The notes under the pieces are model-generated. The model was not told the DNA's origin. It did no database searches and was given only the letters and a program-made list of their open reading frames with translations. A DNA stretch of 64,000 nt, taken from assembly GCA_001002325.1 (NCBI GenBank), contig LCNZ01000001.1:3773-67772 (forward strand), given 5' to 3'. Positions 19,020-29,820 of the stretch are shown here, in pieces. Made by a program: the position numbers and the translations under genes. The number at the start of each line of letters is the position of its first letter. The first letter of the stretch is position 1. The DNA comes from Candidatus Amesbacteria bacterium GW2011_GWB1_47_19. Its GTDB lineage: Bacteria > Patescibacteriota > Microgenomatia > CAZETR01 > Amesbacteraceae.

Positions 19020-20309
19020 ATGGAAAAAATCTGGACGACATTGCGGAGGGTATGGTCAGCCCGAGATTTGAGAAAAAAACTGGTATTTACAGCGGTGATG
19101 CTGGTGCTATACAGGCTGCTGGCACATATTCCGGTGGCGGGTGTAGACCGGGCGGCATTAAAGCAATTGTTTTCGGGCAGTCAGCTTCTGGGGCTTTTAG
19201 ATATCTTTTCCGGAGGGACGCTGGCTAATTTCAGCCTGGTGGCATTGGGTTTGGGACCGTATATAAACGCTTCGATTATTATGCAACTTCTAACGGTGAT
19301 TTTTCCCAAACTGGAGGAGCTGCAGAAAGAGGGAGAATACGGCCGGGAGGTAGTGAATCAATATACACGGTTTCTGACGGTACCGATTTCGATCCTGCAG
19401 GGATTGGGTATGTACTTCCTGTTAAACAGCCAGGCAGTTATCAGCGGGCTGGGACCGGCAGCGCTTCTGGCGCTGATAGTAACCATGATGGCCGGGACGA
19501 TGTTAACCGTCTGGTTGGGCGAGTTGATATCGGAATACGGGGTAGGAAACGGTATCAGCCTGCTAATTTTCGCCGGGATAGTGGGAAGACTTCCGGTGGT
19601 TTTAGGGCAGACTGCCCTGACACTGGAAACTATGAATTTGGGTAATTTGCTGATATTTGGCAGTGTGAGCCTGGTAGTAGTGGCGGCGGTAGTATTTATG
19701 AATGAGGCTTCAAGAAATATTGTGGTGCATTACGCGAAGAGGATAAGAGCGGGAAAAATCTACGGGGGACAATCGACCCATTTGCCGCTCCGGGTAAACC
19801 AGGCAGGAGTTATTCCGATTATTTTCGCAGTGTCTCTGGTTCTGCTACCGTCGATGGTGGGTAAATTTGTGGAACGAGCCCCCAATCAATTGATAGCCAA
19901 TACGGCTAAAACCGTGATGGCAGTGATGCAACCCGGAGGCTGGACATACAATCTGATATATTTTGTACTGGTGGTAGGGTTTACTTATTTCTATACAGCT
20001 GTGGTCTTTAATCCCGAAAAAATTGCGGATGACCTGAAAAAATATGGTGGGTTTATACCCGGAATCAGACCGGGTGAAGCTACGGCCAAGTATCTGTCGG
20101 GGGTGCTGAACAGGATTACTTTCGCCGGCGCGCTGTTTTTGGGAGCCATCGCCATATTGCCGGCGATCGCCCAGGTTTTCTTCAGAATACCGACCATGAC
20201 CATCGGAGGGACCGGACTGTTGATTGTGGTATCAGTGGTACTGGAAACGACCAAGTCGCTGCAATCCCAGCTGCTGGTACGTAATTATGAGGGGTTTTTA
20301 GGATCATGA
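19020..20309 (+). CDS. secY: Preprotein translocase subunit SecY
   Basis: It has 10 TM segments, and the plug and hinge regions include [15 protein letters not shown]. Confidence 0.95.
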   Translation: MEKIWTTLRRVWSARDLRKKLVFTAVMLVLYRLLAHIPVAGVDRAALKQLFSGSQLLGLLDIFSGGTLANFSLVALGLGPYINASIIMQLLTVIFPKLEELQKEGEYGREVVNQYTRFLTVPISILQGLGMYFLLNSQAVISGLGPAALLALIVTMMAGTMLTVWLGELISEYGVGNGISLLIFAGIVGRLPVVLGQTALTLETMNLGNLLIFGSVSLVVVAAVVFMNEASRNIVVHYAKRIRAGKIYGGQSTHLPLRVNQAGVIPIIFAVSLVLLPSMVGKFVERAPNQLIANTAKTVMAVMQPGGWTYNLIYFVLVVGFTYFYTAVVFNPEKIADDLKKYGGFIPGIRPGEATAKYLSGVLNRITFAGALFLGAIAILPAIAQVFFRIPTMTIGGTGLLIVVSVVLETTKSLQSQLLVRNYEGFLGS

Positions 20310-20956
20310 ATGTTGCCATAATCGGACCCCAAGGCTGCGGAAAAGGGACCCAAGCCCAGCTTTTGGCAGATAAATCAGGATTGGACCGGGTGGAAACCGG
20401 AAAGATTCTTAGAGAAATAGCCGAAACAAATCATCCTTGGGGAAAGCGGATAAAGAACATGATGCTCAAGGGAGTATTGGTGTCTGACGACATATTACTG
20501 GCGGTACTTAAAGAAACTCTTTTAAAAGACGTAAATAACGGTTTTGTATTTGACGGCACACCCCGGAATTTATCCCAATATGAATTAATAAAGGAGATTC
20601 TGAAGAAAAAGGGTGAAAAATTGAATGTGATAATTCTTCTGGAAATATCCGAGGCGGAAACCGTGAGAAGAATATCTTCAAGACGAACGTGCAGCAAGTG
20701 CGGCAGAGTATATAACTTGGTGACCAATCCCCCTCCGGCAGAGAAGGTATGCGAGTGTGGAGGTGAATTGGTCCATAGAGAGGATGATTTCCCGGAAGCC
20801 ATCATAAAAAGGCTCGGGGCTTATAGAAGATCGACTCTGAAAGTTGTGGATGCCGCCCGCCGGGAAGGAATTCTGGTTGAGGTGGACGGGGAAAGGCCGA
20901 TTGAGGAAATACATAGCGACATAATTTCCAAGCTCCAAATCCTAAATCCAAAATAA
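20306..20956 (+). CDS. adk: Adenylate kinase with a zinc-binding LID (CSKC...CECG)
   Basis: The P-loop is [11 protein letters not shown], and the LID carries CSKCGRVYN...CECGG. Confidence 0.95.
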   Translation: MNVAIIGPQGCGKGTQAQLLADKSGLDRVETGKILREIAETNHPWGKRIKNMMLKGVLVSDDILLAVLKETLLKDVNNGFVFDGTPRNLSQYELIKEILKKKGEKLNVIILLEISEAETVRRISSRRTCSKCGRVYNLVTNPPPAEKVCECGGELVHREDDFPEAIIKRLGAYRRSTLKVVDAARREGILVEVDGERPIEEIHSDIISKLQILNPK

Positions 20957-20958
20957 TT

Positions 20959-21738
20959 ATGGATAAATTCACGATTAAGACGGCGGAGGAAATAAAGATC
21001 ATGGCGGAGGGAGGCCGGAAATTAGCCAGAGTGAGGGATGAGACAATTAAACAAATAGCAGCCGGTATGACTACGGCCGAAATTGACAGGATAGCTGAGA
21101 AACTGATCCGGGAAGAGGGAGGTGAAGCGTCGTTCAAAATGGTGCCGGGATATCATCATGCGACTTGTGTAAATGTAAACGGCGAGGTAGTACACGGTAT
21201 TCCCGGAAAGAGACTTGTGGTCGAGGGAGATATAGTAGGGCTGGATGTGGGGCTATTGTATAAGGGGTGGCATACGGACACGGCGATGACAGTTGTTGTA
21301 AATTCAAAATTCAAAGCGCAAAATTCAAAACTTGACGAATTTCTGGAAGTCGGGAGAAAAGCCCTTAATAGGGCGATTGAGCAGGCGAGACCGGGGAGAA
21401 GGATTGCGGATATTTCTAGGGAGATGCAGAACACAGTGGAAGCGGCCGGATACTCGGTAGTAAAAGCACTGACGGGACACGGGATCGGCAGACAGCTGCA
21501 TGAAGAGCCGGCTATTCCCTGTTTCCGGCTGGGTAGGAATGGGCAAACCCGCGAAATTGTGGCAGGAATGGTTCTGGCGATAGAGGTGATGTACAATATG
21601 GGCGGGTCTGAAGTGGTTTATGCCGGTAGCGATGGTTGGACAATAGCTACGGCTGATGGTAAAATATCTGGGTTGTTCGAGCATACCGTGGCCGTGACAA
21701 AATCCGGTCCGGAAGTTTTGACGGCAGTGAAAAAATGA
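20959..21738 (+). CDS. map: Methionine aminopeptidase type I
   Basis: It has a pita-bread fold, and the metal ligands are placed as in MetAP (D...D...H...E...E). Confidence 0.9.
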   Translation: MDKFTIKTAEEIKIMAEGGRKLARVRDETIKQIAAGMTTAEIDRIAEKLIREEGGEASFKMVPGYHHATCVNVNGEVVHGIPGKRLVVEGDIVGLDVGLLYKGWHTDTAMTVVVNSKFKAQNSKLDEFLEVGRKALNRAIEQARPGRRIADISREMQNTVEAAGYSVVKALTGHGIGRQLHEEPAIPCFRLGRNGQTREIVAGMVLAIEVMYNMGGSEVVYAGSDGWTIATADGKISGLFEHTVAVTKSGPEVLTAVKK

Positions 21739-21974
21739 CAAATCCCACGCTTTTTGAGGTCGAGGGAGTGGTGATGGAAAATTTGCCCAATACATCGTTT
21801 CGGGTGAGAATTACCAGCAACACACCGGAAACCCTGGCGGAAAAAGTTCTGCTGTGCCATCTGGCAGGAAGAATGAGGCGGAACTGGGTGAGGTTATTAC
21901 CAGGAGATAAAGTGCGCCTGGAGGTAAACAGCCTGGATATCTCCAAAGGAAGAATAGTGTACAGGCTGAAATAG
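21735..21974 (+). CDS. infA: Translation initiation factor IF-1
   Basis: An S1-like OB fold, [16 protein letters not shown]...[23 protein letters not shown], is present. Confidence 0.9.
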   Translation: MTNPTLFEVEGVVMENLPNTSFRVRITSNTPETLAEKVLLCHLAGRMRRNWVRLLPGDKVRLEVNSLDISKGRIVYRLK

Positions 21975-21979
21975 TAACC

Positions 21980-22093
21980 ATGAAAGTTGCAGCATCCATT
22001 AAGACCAGATGCCGGAATTGCCGGATAATTAAACGGAGGGGAACTCTATTTGTTATTTGCGTAAATCCCAGGCACAAACAACGCCAAGGGTAA
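21980..22093 (+). CDS. rpmJ: 50S ribosomal protein L36 (37 aa, zinc type); below the ORF-track length cutoff
   Basis: Manual translation gives [37 protein letters not shown] with the C-C-C-H pattern. It lies between infA and rpsM. Confidence 0.85.
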   Translation: MKVAASIKTRCRNCRIIKRRGTLFVICVNPRHKQRQG

Positions 22094-22098
22094 AGGCA

Positions 22099-22524
22099 AT
22101 GCCGAGACTTGCAGGAGTAGATATTCCGGAAAATAAGCGTGTAGAAGCATCTCTGCAGTATATCTACGGAGTCGGGCGGATTAATGTCCGAGGTATTTTG
22201 GAAAAAGCCAAAGTGGACGGTAATAAGCGCACTAATCAATTGGCTTTAGAGGAGTTGTCCAGGCTGCAAAAAGTACTGGATGAAGTCAAAGTTGAAGGGG
22301 ATTTGAGAAAAGCGATTGGCCAGAATATTTCAAGGCTAAAAGAAACCGGGTCGTACAGAGGCATACGCCATGCGCGGGGTTTGCCGGCAAGAGGCCAGAG
22401 AACCCGGACAAATGCCCGGACAAAAAGAGGCAAGCGGATGACAATCGGCGCTCTGAAAAAAGAGGCTTTGGCTAAAGTTGAGGCTTCCAAAGTTGAGAAG
22501 GCTAAAAAGGAGGAGAAAAAATAA
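22099..22524 (+). CDS. rpsM: 30S ribosomal protein S13 (start at ATG 22099, Lys/Glu-rich C-terminal extension)
   Basis: MPRLAGVDIPENKRVEASLQYIYGVG...GLPARGQRTRTNARTKRG matches S13. Confidence 0.9.
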   Translation: MPRLAGVDIPENKRVEASLQYIYGVGRINVRGILEKAKVDGNKRTNQLALEELSRLQKVLDEVKVEGDLRKAIGQNISRLKETGSYRGIRHARGLPARGQRTRTNARTKRGKRMTIGALKKEALAKVEASKVEKAKKEEKK

Positions 22525-22527
22525 AGT

Positions 22528-22875
22528 ATGAGCTCGTCAGGAAAAGTCTTTATTACTGCGACTTTTAACAATACTCTGGTAACCATCACCGATGCCGGGG
22601 GAAATGCAATAGCCTGGGGATCAGCCGGAGCGTCAGGATTTAAAGGGACGCGCAAATCAACTCCGTTTGCGGCGACTACAGCCGTGGAGGCTACCGCAAG
22701 AAAAGCCCAGGCGGCAGGCATTAAGGAAGTAGAAGTATACCTTAAAGGTCCCGGTTCCGGGAGGGATGCAGCGTTGCGAGCGCTGCGGGCTGCGGGCATG
22801 AAGATGCTGTTGATTGCCGATGTGACGCCGATGGCACATAACGGCGCCAGACAGAAGAAACGCAGGAGAGTTTAA
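22528..22875 (+). CDS. rpsK: 30S ribosomal protein S11
   Basis: [28 protein letters not shown]...[18 protein letters not shown] matches S11. Confidence 0.9.
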   Translation: MSSSGKVFITATFNNTLVTITDAGGNAIAWGSAGASGFKGTRKSTPFAATTAVEATARKAQAAGIKEVEVYLKGPGSGRDAALRALRAAGMKMLLIADVTPMAHNGARQKKRRRV

Positions 22876-23354
22876 GCAACGGCGATGGCTTCAGCCCGGG
22901 TGAGACGAATGAGCTGATCAGGGGGAATCGGAAATAGTGTCAAAGAGTGACCAGCGGCCGCCCAAACCTGCCGAAAGGCCAGTAAATCCCTGTCCAGTAG
23001 GGTACGGAGATGCGACTTGTGGGCTACCGGGGGTACGCCGCCGACAGGGAAGCCGGTGGTTTCCAAGACATACTCCAGCCCGGCGGTTTTGATCTTGGTG
23101 CCTAAATAGTCCCCCACCAACTGTTTGTCTACCCGGTTGGCACCACTGACGATAATCAGAACCGGTTGGTTAGACTGCACCTGATAAAAAACCAATGATT
23201 TGGCTATTTGCCCCAATTCGCAATCTAAAGCGGAAGCGGCTTCGGCGGCGGTATGCGCCATAGTATCCAGTAATTTGATTTGGGGCGTAAAACCGCGTTT
23301 TTCCAGCCAGTCTTTAACGCTAACAGATTCCGGAGGTAATTTATTATGACCCAT
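22872..23354 (-). CDS. YbaK/ProX-family aminoacyl-tRNA deacylase-like protein
   Basis: [22 protein letters not shown]...[13 protein letters not shown]...[11 protein letters not shown] matches YbaK/EbsC. It is the last gene of the chaperone operon. Confidence 0.7.
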   Translation of the reverse strand: MGHNKLPPESVSVKDWLEKRGFTPQIKLLDTMAHTAAEAASALDCELGQIAKSLVFYQVQSNQPVLIIVSGANRVDKQLVGDYLGTKIKTAGLEYVLETTGFPVGGVPPVAHKSHLRTLLDRDLLAFRQVWAAAGHSLTLFPIPPDQLIRLTRAEAIAVA

Positions 23355-23361
23355 GACGAAC

Positions 23362-25257
23362 TTAATTAACCACTTCGCCTTCCTCCGGTTTAGTTTCAGA
23401 TTTACTACTTTGATTATTTGAATCGCCGGAGGTATCCGACGGTCCGGCTGTCTGATCTGACGGCTGTTGATACATAGAGGAACCCAATTTTTGGAGCGAG
23501 TCCATAAGATCTTTGGATTTGGCTTCGAGATCTTCTTTGGTTCCGGTTTCCAGAATGTCTTTTAAGGGTTTTATTCTGTCTTCGACTTCTTTTTTCAGAT
23601 TTTCAGAGGCTTTATCACCGGCGTCTTTGAGGGTTTTTTCGGCGGTAAATATCAGAGAGTCGGCTTGATTACGGGCTTCAATATGGGATTTCTTTTCCGC
23701 ATCCTGCTGACTGTGTTTTTCGGCTTCCTCACGCATACGCTGGACTTCTTTTTCATCCAGGTTGGTGGAGTTGGTAATGGTGATGTGCTGTGATTTACCG
23801 GTGGCTTTGTCTTTGGCACTAACTTTGAGAATACCCGAGGCGTCGATATCGAAAGAGACTTCAACCTGGGGAACCCCGCGGGGGGCCGGCGGAATACCGT
23901 CCAGAATAAAGCGGCCTAAAGTCTTGTTATCTGTCGCCATGGGTCTTTCCCCCTGGAGGACATGAATTTCCACCGACATCTGACTGTCTGATGCGGTGGA
24001 GAAGATCTGGGATTTGCTGGTGGGGATAGTGGTATTTCTTTCGATCAGGGGAGTCATTACACTGCCCAAAGTTTCCAACCCGAGGGTTAGTGGGGTGACA
24101 TCTAAAAGGACCACATCTTTAACGTCCCCGGTCAATACTCCTCCCTGGATAGCGGCTCCAACAGCTACCACCTCGTCCGGATTAACACTGCGGTTGGGCT
24201 CCTTACCGAAGAAGTTTTTCACCGTCTCGATAACCTTGGGCATACGGGTCATACCACCTACCAGGACTATCTCATCAATATCTTTAGCGGTTTTTTTGGA
24301 ATCGGAGAGTGCGGCTTTAACCGGAGGAAGAGTTTTGTTGATCAACCCTTCAACAATTGACTCCAGTTTGGCGCGGGTGAGTTTGAGGTTTAAATGCAAA
24401 GGCTGACCGTCTTTTTGGGTGATATACGGCTGATTGATGTCGTACTCGAGGCTAGAGGAAAGTTCGATCTTGGCCTTTTCGGCGACGTCGCGAATCCGCT
24501 GCAGAGCTTGGGAATCTTTCTTCAGATCCACACCGTGATCCTTTTTGAATTCGGCAACAATCCAGTCCATAATTTCCTGATCGAAATCATCGCCTCCCAG
24601 ATGGGTATCACCATTGGTGGCTTTGACTTCAAAAACCCCATCACCTAGTTCCAGAATAGATATGTCGAATGTTCCCCCGCCCAAATCGTAAACAGCTACA
24701 GTGTGGGCATTTTTTTTGTCCAAACCATAAGCCAAGGCGGCAGCGGTAGGTTCGTTGATAATCCGGTCGACCTTGAGACCGGCAATTTCGCCTGCCTGTT
24801 TGGTTGCCTGGCGTTGGGAATCGTCAAAATAAGCCGGGACGGTAATCACCGCCTGATCCACGGGACCACCCAAATAGGCTTCGGCGTGGGCTTTCATGGT
24901 GCGGAGGATCATGGCGGATATTTCCTGGGGAGTATAAGTTTTTCCGGCTACTTCAACAGTCGCCATATTGTCTTTACCGGATACGATCTGGTAAGGAACC
25001 ATTGTCTGGGTACGTTTCACTTCCGGGTCGGATATTTTACGGCCCATGAGACGTTTAATACTGTAGATCGTATTTTTAGAGTTGAGGATCATCTGCCGCT
25101 TGGCCACGTCGCCAACCAGGTTTTTGACTGGTTCGACTACCGAAGGCGTGACGTTGCGACCGGTGTCAGCTGCCGGAATTACTTTGGGTTGACCGCCTTC
25201 CATGACTGCCAAACAGGAATTGGTGGTACCCAGATCGATGCCGATAATTTTGGACAT
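23362..25257 (-). CDS. dnaK: Chaperone DnaK (Hsp70)
   Basis: [11 protein letters not shown] and DLGGGTFD motifs are present, and it is 631 aa. Confidence 0.95.
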   Translation of the reverse strand: MSKIIGIDLGTTNSCLAVMEGGQPKVIPAADTGRNVTPSVVEPVKNLVGDVAKRQMILNSKNTIYSIKRLMGRKISDPEVKRTQTMVPYQIVSGKDNMATVEVAGKTYTPQEISAMILRTMKAHAEAYLGGPVDQAVITVPAYFDDSQRQATKQAGEIAGLKVDRIINEPTAAALAYGLDKKNAHTVAVYDLGGGTFDISILELGDGVFEVKATNGDTHLGGDDFDQEIMDWIVAEFKKDHGVDLKKDSQALQRIRDVAEKAKIELSSSLEYDINQPYITQKDGQPLHLNLKLTRAKLESIVEGLINKTLPPVKAALSDSKKTAKDIDEIVLVGGMTRMPKVIETVKNFFGKEPNRSVNPDEVVAVGAAIQGGVLTGDVKDVVLLDVTPLTLGLETLGSVMTPLIERNTTIPTSKSQIFSTASDSQMSVEIHVLQGERPMATDNKTLGRFILDGIPPAPRGVPQVEVSFDIDASGILKVSAKDKATGKSQHITITNSTNLDEKEVQRMREEAEKHSQQDAEKKSHIEARNQADSLIFTAEKTLKDAGDKASENLKKEVEDRIKPLKDILETGTKEDLEAKSKDLMDSLQKLGSSMYQQPSDQTAGPSDTSGDSNNQSSKSETKPEEGEVVN

Positions 25258-25271
25258 ATATTTTTTTTAAA

Positions 25272-25745
25272 TTAGAGAGCCGGAGTTGAGTTGTTTATAA
25301 CGGTTTCTGTTTCCGGCTGTTTATAAACTTTTACCTTGGCCGGACGGAGGATATAATCTCCGATCCGGTACCCCTTGAGAATCAACTCTGCTATAGTATT
25401 TTGCTTTTTGCCATCCGTTAAATCAAGGGTCTGAGTACACTCATGACGGGTGTAATCGAACGGATCTCCGGGGGAAGGGGAGATAATTTCAAGGCCTTCA
25501 TCAACAAGTGCCTGGTGGAATTGTTTGGCGGCCATGCTGACACCCAGGTCTGCGGTGTGAGAAGCAGCTAACTCGAGGATATCCAGGGAAGGAAGTAGCC
25601 GGGCGATGAGGTTGGCGTTGGACATTTTTACAAATTCCTGTTTGTCGTGTTCGACCCGACGCAGGAGGTTTTGGTAGTCGGCTAGTGCCCTTTTCCAGCT
25701 TTCGTTGAGGGTTTTTATCTGGGTAGCTGATGTAACTTTGGACAT
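25272..25745 (-). CDS. grpE: Nucleotide exchange factor GrpE
   Basis: It has a coiled-coil N-terminus and a C-terminal beta domain with DPF..H.A. It lies between hrcA and dnaK. Confidence 0.9.
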   Translation of the reverse strand: MSKVTSATQIKTLNESWKRALADYQNLLRRVEHDKQEFVKMSNANLIARLLPSLDILELAASHTADLGVSMAAKQFHQALVDEGLEIISPSPGDPFDYTRHECTQTLDLTDGKKQNTIAELILKGYRIGDYILRPAKVKVYKQPETETVINNSTPAL

Positions 25746-25755
25746 ATACTCGGGG

Positions 25756-26490
25756 TTATTCCCAATTGGAATGCATCTCGGACATTAACTGGGAAAAATA
25801 TTTAAGGGTGGGGATAACGTAGGGAAAATTGAGACGGCAGGGTCCGATAACTCCCAGACTCCCACGGTGGTTACGACCGGTGGAAAAGTAGGTAAAGGCC
25901 ATGCCTACCGGTTCAAAATAAGGCCAGCCTAAATCAGCTCCGAAGATAATGTGCACAGGATCCTGGCCGTAAGTCCTGTCGAAAAAAAGCTGCGTTAGCC
26001 GGGTCTGCTCGTCGAGCAGGGAAAGAACTGTACGGGTAACATCGATGTCGAAAAATTCCGGCGTATCCAAAATGTTGGCGACGCCGGCGTAATAAATATC
26101 GCCCTGGTCAGTAGCGACGACTGACAAGTTCTTGGTGCGTTCGGCTAAAGCCAGAGTCGCCTGGCGCATGAATTTATCGAAATCAAAACGCGAATCCCAG
26201 ACTTTTTCTTTGGCAGAAACTTCGTCTGCTACCGACAGGCGCTTTTCCTGCATTAGATTGTCGATATAAAAACGGAGAGCTACAGGAGTGGGTATGCGGC
26301 CGGCCGAGGTATGCGGCTGGTTCAGAAAACCCTGATGGGTGAGCTCAGACATTTCATTTCTGATGGTCGCCGGGGATACTCCCAGATTGTACTTCTTTTC
26401 CAACTGCTCGCTGGCAACCGGCTCGGCAGTGGAAATATATTCCTCGATGAGTGATTTAAGAATTTGGATTTGACGGGGGGAAAGATTCAT
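25756..26490 (-). CDS. hrcA: Heat-inducible transcription repressor HrcA (start at ATG 26490, MNLSPRQ)
   Basis: LSPRQIQILKSLIEEYISTAEPVASEQL is a winged HTH. It is the first gene of the hrcA-grpE-dnaK operon. Confidence 0.85.
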   Translation of the reverse strand: MNLSPRQIQILKSLIEEYISTAEPVASEQLEKKYNLGVSPATIRNEMSELTHQGFLNQPHTSAGRIPTPVALRFYIDNLMQEKRLSVADEVSAKEKVWDSRFDFDKFMRQATLALAERTKNLSVVATDQGDIYYAGVANILDTPEFFDIDVTRTVLSLLDEQTRLTQLFFDRTYGQDPVHIIFGADLGWPYFEPVGMAFTYFSTGRNHRGSLGVIGPCRLNFPYVIPTLKYFSQLMSEMHSNWE

Positions 26491-26516
26491 TAGCAGAAAC
26501 TTAGCATGAGTGCTAA
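26490..26516 (-). promoter_or_regulatory. CIRCE operator (TTAGCAgaa-N9-GAGTGCTAA) overlapping the hrcA start codon
   Basis: The right arm is a perfect GAGTGCTAA, the left arm matches 6/9, and the spacer is exactly 9 nt. It lies next to hrcA. Confidence 0.7.
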
Positions 26517-26555
26517 CTGTTGTCAAGAGGAAGAGGGGGACGTACAATAGGGGTC

Positions 26556-27917
26556 ATGAAAAATCGGGAGCAGACGATTTCTTTTATCGGTGTGGTGGTA
26601 ATGGCGCTGGTACTTCCGGGGATCCTGAAACTGGCCAATAACGCCGTGAGATATTGGGTGGGAGCGGAAGGCAGGCTGGCAGCGATTGCTGTGGAAACCG
26701 ATAGAACTCTGGGGCCTCTGCCCGGTGTGTGGCGGGGATTAGCCCAGGGCGGGGAAAACCTGCCGACCTTTCTGGATCAAGCCGGACCGCAGGTTGCAGC
26801 CCTAAAACCCGCGGTTGTCCGGATCGACCATATCTATGACGAATTTGAGGTGGTCAGCCGGGGATCGGGAGGACTGGTTTTTGACTGGACGAGGCTGGAC
26901 GTGTTGGCGGAAAAAATAAAAGCCACCGGTGCCGACCCTTTCTTTTCCCTGTCCTATATGCCGGCAGCGATTGCCTCCGGGGACCTAACTTCCCTACCCC
27001 GGGACTGGAATGAATGGAGCATGGTAGTGCAAAAAACAATCGAACATTACAGCGGAGAGAAAGGTTGGGAGGGAATTTATTACGAAGTCTGGAATGAACC
27101 TGATCTATTCGGACAATGGAAAATGGCAGGTAAAAAGGATTACCGAAGTCTGTATTATTATGCAGCTAAAGGAGCAGCTGCGGCACAGGGAGTAAAAGAC
27201 TTTAAGTTGGGAGGGCCGAGTACCACCGGGTTGTATCCCAACTGGCTGAATAATTTCTTTCCATTTGTTTTAAATAATAAACTACGGCTGGATTTCTTTT
27301 CCTGGCACAGATATGACCTGAATATGTCCAAGTACGCTGAAGATGTCCAAAATGTGGACCGGTGGATTGAAGGTCACCCGTATTTTTCCCAAGTGGAAAA
27401 AGTCGTGACCGAGATGGCACCGAGGAGTGAACCCGGACAGGAGAACGACTCCAGATTGGGAGCAGCGCACCTGGTGGCGGCATCCAGGGAATTGATGTTT
27501 CGGGTTCAGTACGCCCTGAGTTTCGCGGTGACGGGACAATGGGGAATAATCGGAAAACCGAGATATGAAGCTCTGGCATTTCTGTCCGGACTGGGAGAGC
27601 AAAGATTGGGAATAACCGGGGAAGGAAGCTGGGTAAGAGCTATCGGAGCCAAGAAAAATGAGGTTTACCAGGTGATATTGACCAATTATGATCCCAAAGG
27701 CGTGCACAGTGAGGTGGTGCCGGTGACGTTTATTAACCTGAAGGATTATAAATATCAGCTGAGAACTACATATCTGGGAGCACGCACCCAATCCGAGGAG
27801 ATCGCATCGGCTGCCGGAATTATGCAAAAGTCAGTACCCATGTCACCCAACAGTGTGGTGATGCTGGAACTGGAACCGGTAACCAATACTCAAGCCCCAA
27901 GCCTCAATTCTCAATAA
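26556..27917 (+). CDS. Membrane-anchored glycoside hydrolase, clan GH-A (GH5/GH39-like); start taken at internal ATG 26556
   Basis: An N-terminal TM segment is ISFIGVVVMALVL. YYEVWNEPDL matches the clan GH-A acid/base NEP motif. Confidence 0.55.
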   Translation: MKNREQTISFIGVVVMALVLPGILKLANNAVRYWVGAEGRLAAIAVETDRTLGPLPGVWRGLAQGGENLPTFLDQAGPQVAALKPAVVRIDHIYDEFEVVSRGSGGLVFDWTRLDVLAEKIKATGADPFFSLSYMPAAIASGDLTSLPRDWNEWSMVVQKTIEHYSGEKGWEGIYYEVWNEPDLFGQWKMAGKKDYRSLYYYAAKGAAAAQGVKDFKLGGPSTTGLYPNWLNNFFPFVLNNKLRLDFFSWHRYDLNMSKYAEDVQNVDRWIEGHPYFSQVEKVVTEMAPRSEPGQENDSRLGAAHLVAASRELMFRVQYALSFAVTGQWGIIGKPRYEALAFLSGLGEQRLGITGEGSWVRAIGAKKNEVYQVILTNYDPKGVHSEVVPVTFINLKDYKYQLRTTYLGARTQSEEIASAAGIMQKSVPMSPNSVVMLELEPVTNTQAPSLNSQ

Positions 27918-27922
27918 AGTTG

Positions 27923-27954
27923 CTCTCGATTTTTTAAACTTTCAAAATCGAGAG
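27923..27954. terminator. Bidirectional terminator-like hairpin between the convergent GH gene and lepA
   Basis: The 11-bp stem ctctcgatttt / aaaatcgagag is separated by a 10-nt loop. The lepA stop lies inside it. Confidence 0.4.
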
Positions 27955-29706
27955 GAAGGCTTCCTGGGGGATGTCGACACGGCCGACGCGTTTCATTCTG
28001 GATTTACCTTTTTTTTGCTTTTTCAGAAGTTTATCTTTTCGGGTCTGGTCACCACCGTAAAGCTTGGCGGTAACGTCTTTTCTGAAAGGCTTAATGTCCG
28101 CCCTGGCGAGAACGTGACTGCCAATTGCAGCCTGGAGAGGAATCTCGAACTGTTGTCTGGGGATAATGTGTTTGAGACGGTTTATCAGGTCTACGGCAAT
28201 GTGGTGAGCTTTTTGACGGGCGACTATCTGGGACAAGGCATCCACCCTGTCGCCGGCCACCAGAATATCCAGCCGGACCAAATCAGCGGGGAAAAATCCC
28301 AGGAGTTCGTAATCCATGGTGGCATAACCCTGGGATACGCTTTTTAGGCGGTCGTAAAACTCCCGGATCATCTCCGCAAGAGGCATAAGATAGGTGAGAT
28401 GGACTAACTGTCCCAAATACCGGATGTCTCCGGCGGTCCCCCGGTGTTCCTGACAGAGGCGGATTACCCGACCCAGGAATTCACCGGGGGCAAAAATAGA
28501 GAGAGACACCACCGGTTCGCGGATTTCATGAATAACCGAAGGGTCCGGCAAATCCATTGCCTTGGAGATGACCAGGGGAGACATGGCCCCAGTCAGAATT
28601 TTGTAGGAAACGGATGGGGCAGCGGCTATCAGTTCCAGGTCAAATTCCCTCTCCAGGCGCTCTTGAACAATATCGGCATGCAACAACCCCAAAAGCCCCA
28701 CCCGAAAACCGTTTCCCAAGGCGGGAGAAAACTCCGGTGTGTATTGCAGGGAACTGTCCTGGAGACGCAACCTGTCAAGCGACGAACGTAATAAATTGAT
28801 CTGCGAACCGTCCGTGGGATAGAGGCTGATAAAAACGACCGGCTTGACCGCACTATAACCGGGAAGTACCGAGACGGGCTTGGTAGATATGGTATCGCCG
28901 ACCGTTAAAAGGGAGAGGTCTTTGAGGCTGGTGACGACATAACCTACTTCCCCGGCCTGTAAAAGCGGAACAGGCCGGCGGTGAGGGGAAAAGACACCGA
29001 CTTCCAAAGCGGGGCTTTTGGCACCGGTTCCCATCAGCAACAGCTGGTCGTGTCCCCGGATCTGACCATCCACTACCCGGATCCAAGCAATAACTCCCAA
29101 GTGATGATCAAAATTGGAATTAAAAACCAATGCCCGGAGGGGGCTACCGGGATTACCTCCCGGAGGAGGAATTCTGTTTATTACAGCCTGCAGGAGCTCC
29201 TGAACACCCTGGCCGGTTTTGGCGGAGATTAAAAGAATTGAGTCTGAGTCCAAGCCCAGAATTTCGGAAATTTGTTTTTTGGTGCCCGGGATATCTGCTG
29301 TCAGGATATCGATTTTATTGATAACCGGGATTATGAATAACCCCAGTTTCTTGGCTTGTTGGTGATGGGCCAAAGTCTGGGCTTGCACCCCCTGGGTGGC
29401 ATCGATTAAGAGAATTGCACCTTCACAGGCCGCCAGAGATCGGGAAACCTCATAAGAAAAATCCACATGGCCCGGTGTATCGATGAGATTTAGGATATAC
29501 GATTCATGATTTATGAGATATTCCATGCGGACGGGGGCGAGCTTGATGGTAATCCCCCGCTCCCGCTCGATGGGGTTGCTGTCCAGCAGCTGATTCTGCA
29601 TCAGACGCGCGGAAACCGTACCGGTTATTTCCAGCATGCGGTCTGCCAGTGTAGATTTACCATGGTCGATGTGGGCAATAATCGCGAAATTACGAATATT
29701 TTCCAT
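27934..29706 (-). CDS. lepA: Elongation factor 4 (LepA)
   Basis: NFAIIAHIDHGKSTLADR...DTPGHVDF is present, with the LepA-specific C-terminal domain. Confidence 0.95.
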   Translation of the reverse strand: MENIRNFAIIAHIDHGKSTLADRMLEITGTVSARLMQNQLLDSNPIERERGITIKLAPVRMEYLINHESYILNLIDTPGHVDFSYEVSRSLAACEGAILLIDATQGVQAQTLAHHQQAKKLGLFIIPVINKIDILTADIPGTKKQISEILGLDSDSILLISAKTGQGVQELLQAVINRIPPPGGNPGSPLRALVFNSNFDHHLGVIAWIRVVDGQIRGHDQLLLMGTGAKSPALEVGVFSPHRRPVPLLQAGEVGYVVTSLKDLSLLTVGDTISTKPVSVLPGYSAVKPVVFISLYPTDGSQINLLRSSLDRLRLQDSSLQYTPEFSPALGNGFRVGLLGLLHADIVQERLEREFDLELIAAAPSVSYKILTGAMSPLVISKAMDLPDPSVIHEIREPVVSLSIFAPGEFLGRVIRLCQEHRGTAGDIRYLGQLVHLTYLMPLAEMIREFYDRLKSVSQGYATMDYELLGFFPADLVRLDILVAGDRVDALSQIVARQKAHHIAVDLINRLKHIIPRQQFEIPLQAAIGSHVLARADIKPFRKDVTAKLYGGDQTRKDKLLKKQKKGKSRMKRVGRVDIPQEAFLSILKV

Positions 29707-29820
29707 GAGGGTATTTTACCAAGACGAATGGTATTATGACGATGTGGGTTCGGAACTTCCGGGATATCGGGAAGGCTATATCCAAACAGGCTCAGCGCGA
29801 GGAAGGAGATGATTTCCGTG

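Noticed and set aside
22869-22878. The overlapping convergent stop codons of rpsK and the ybaK-like gene (tttaa) as a possible regulatory element.
   Set aside because: Shared or overlapping stops between convergent genes are common in compact genomes. There is no hairpin or other structure here.
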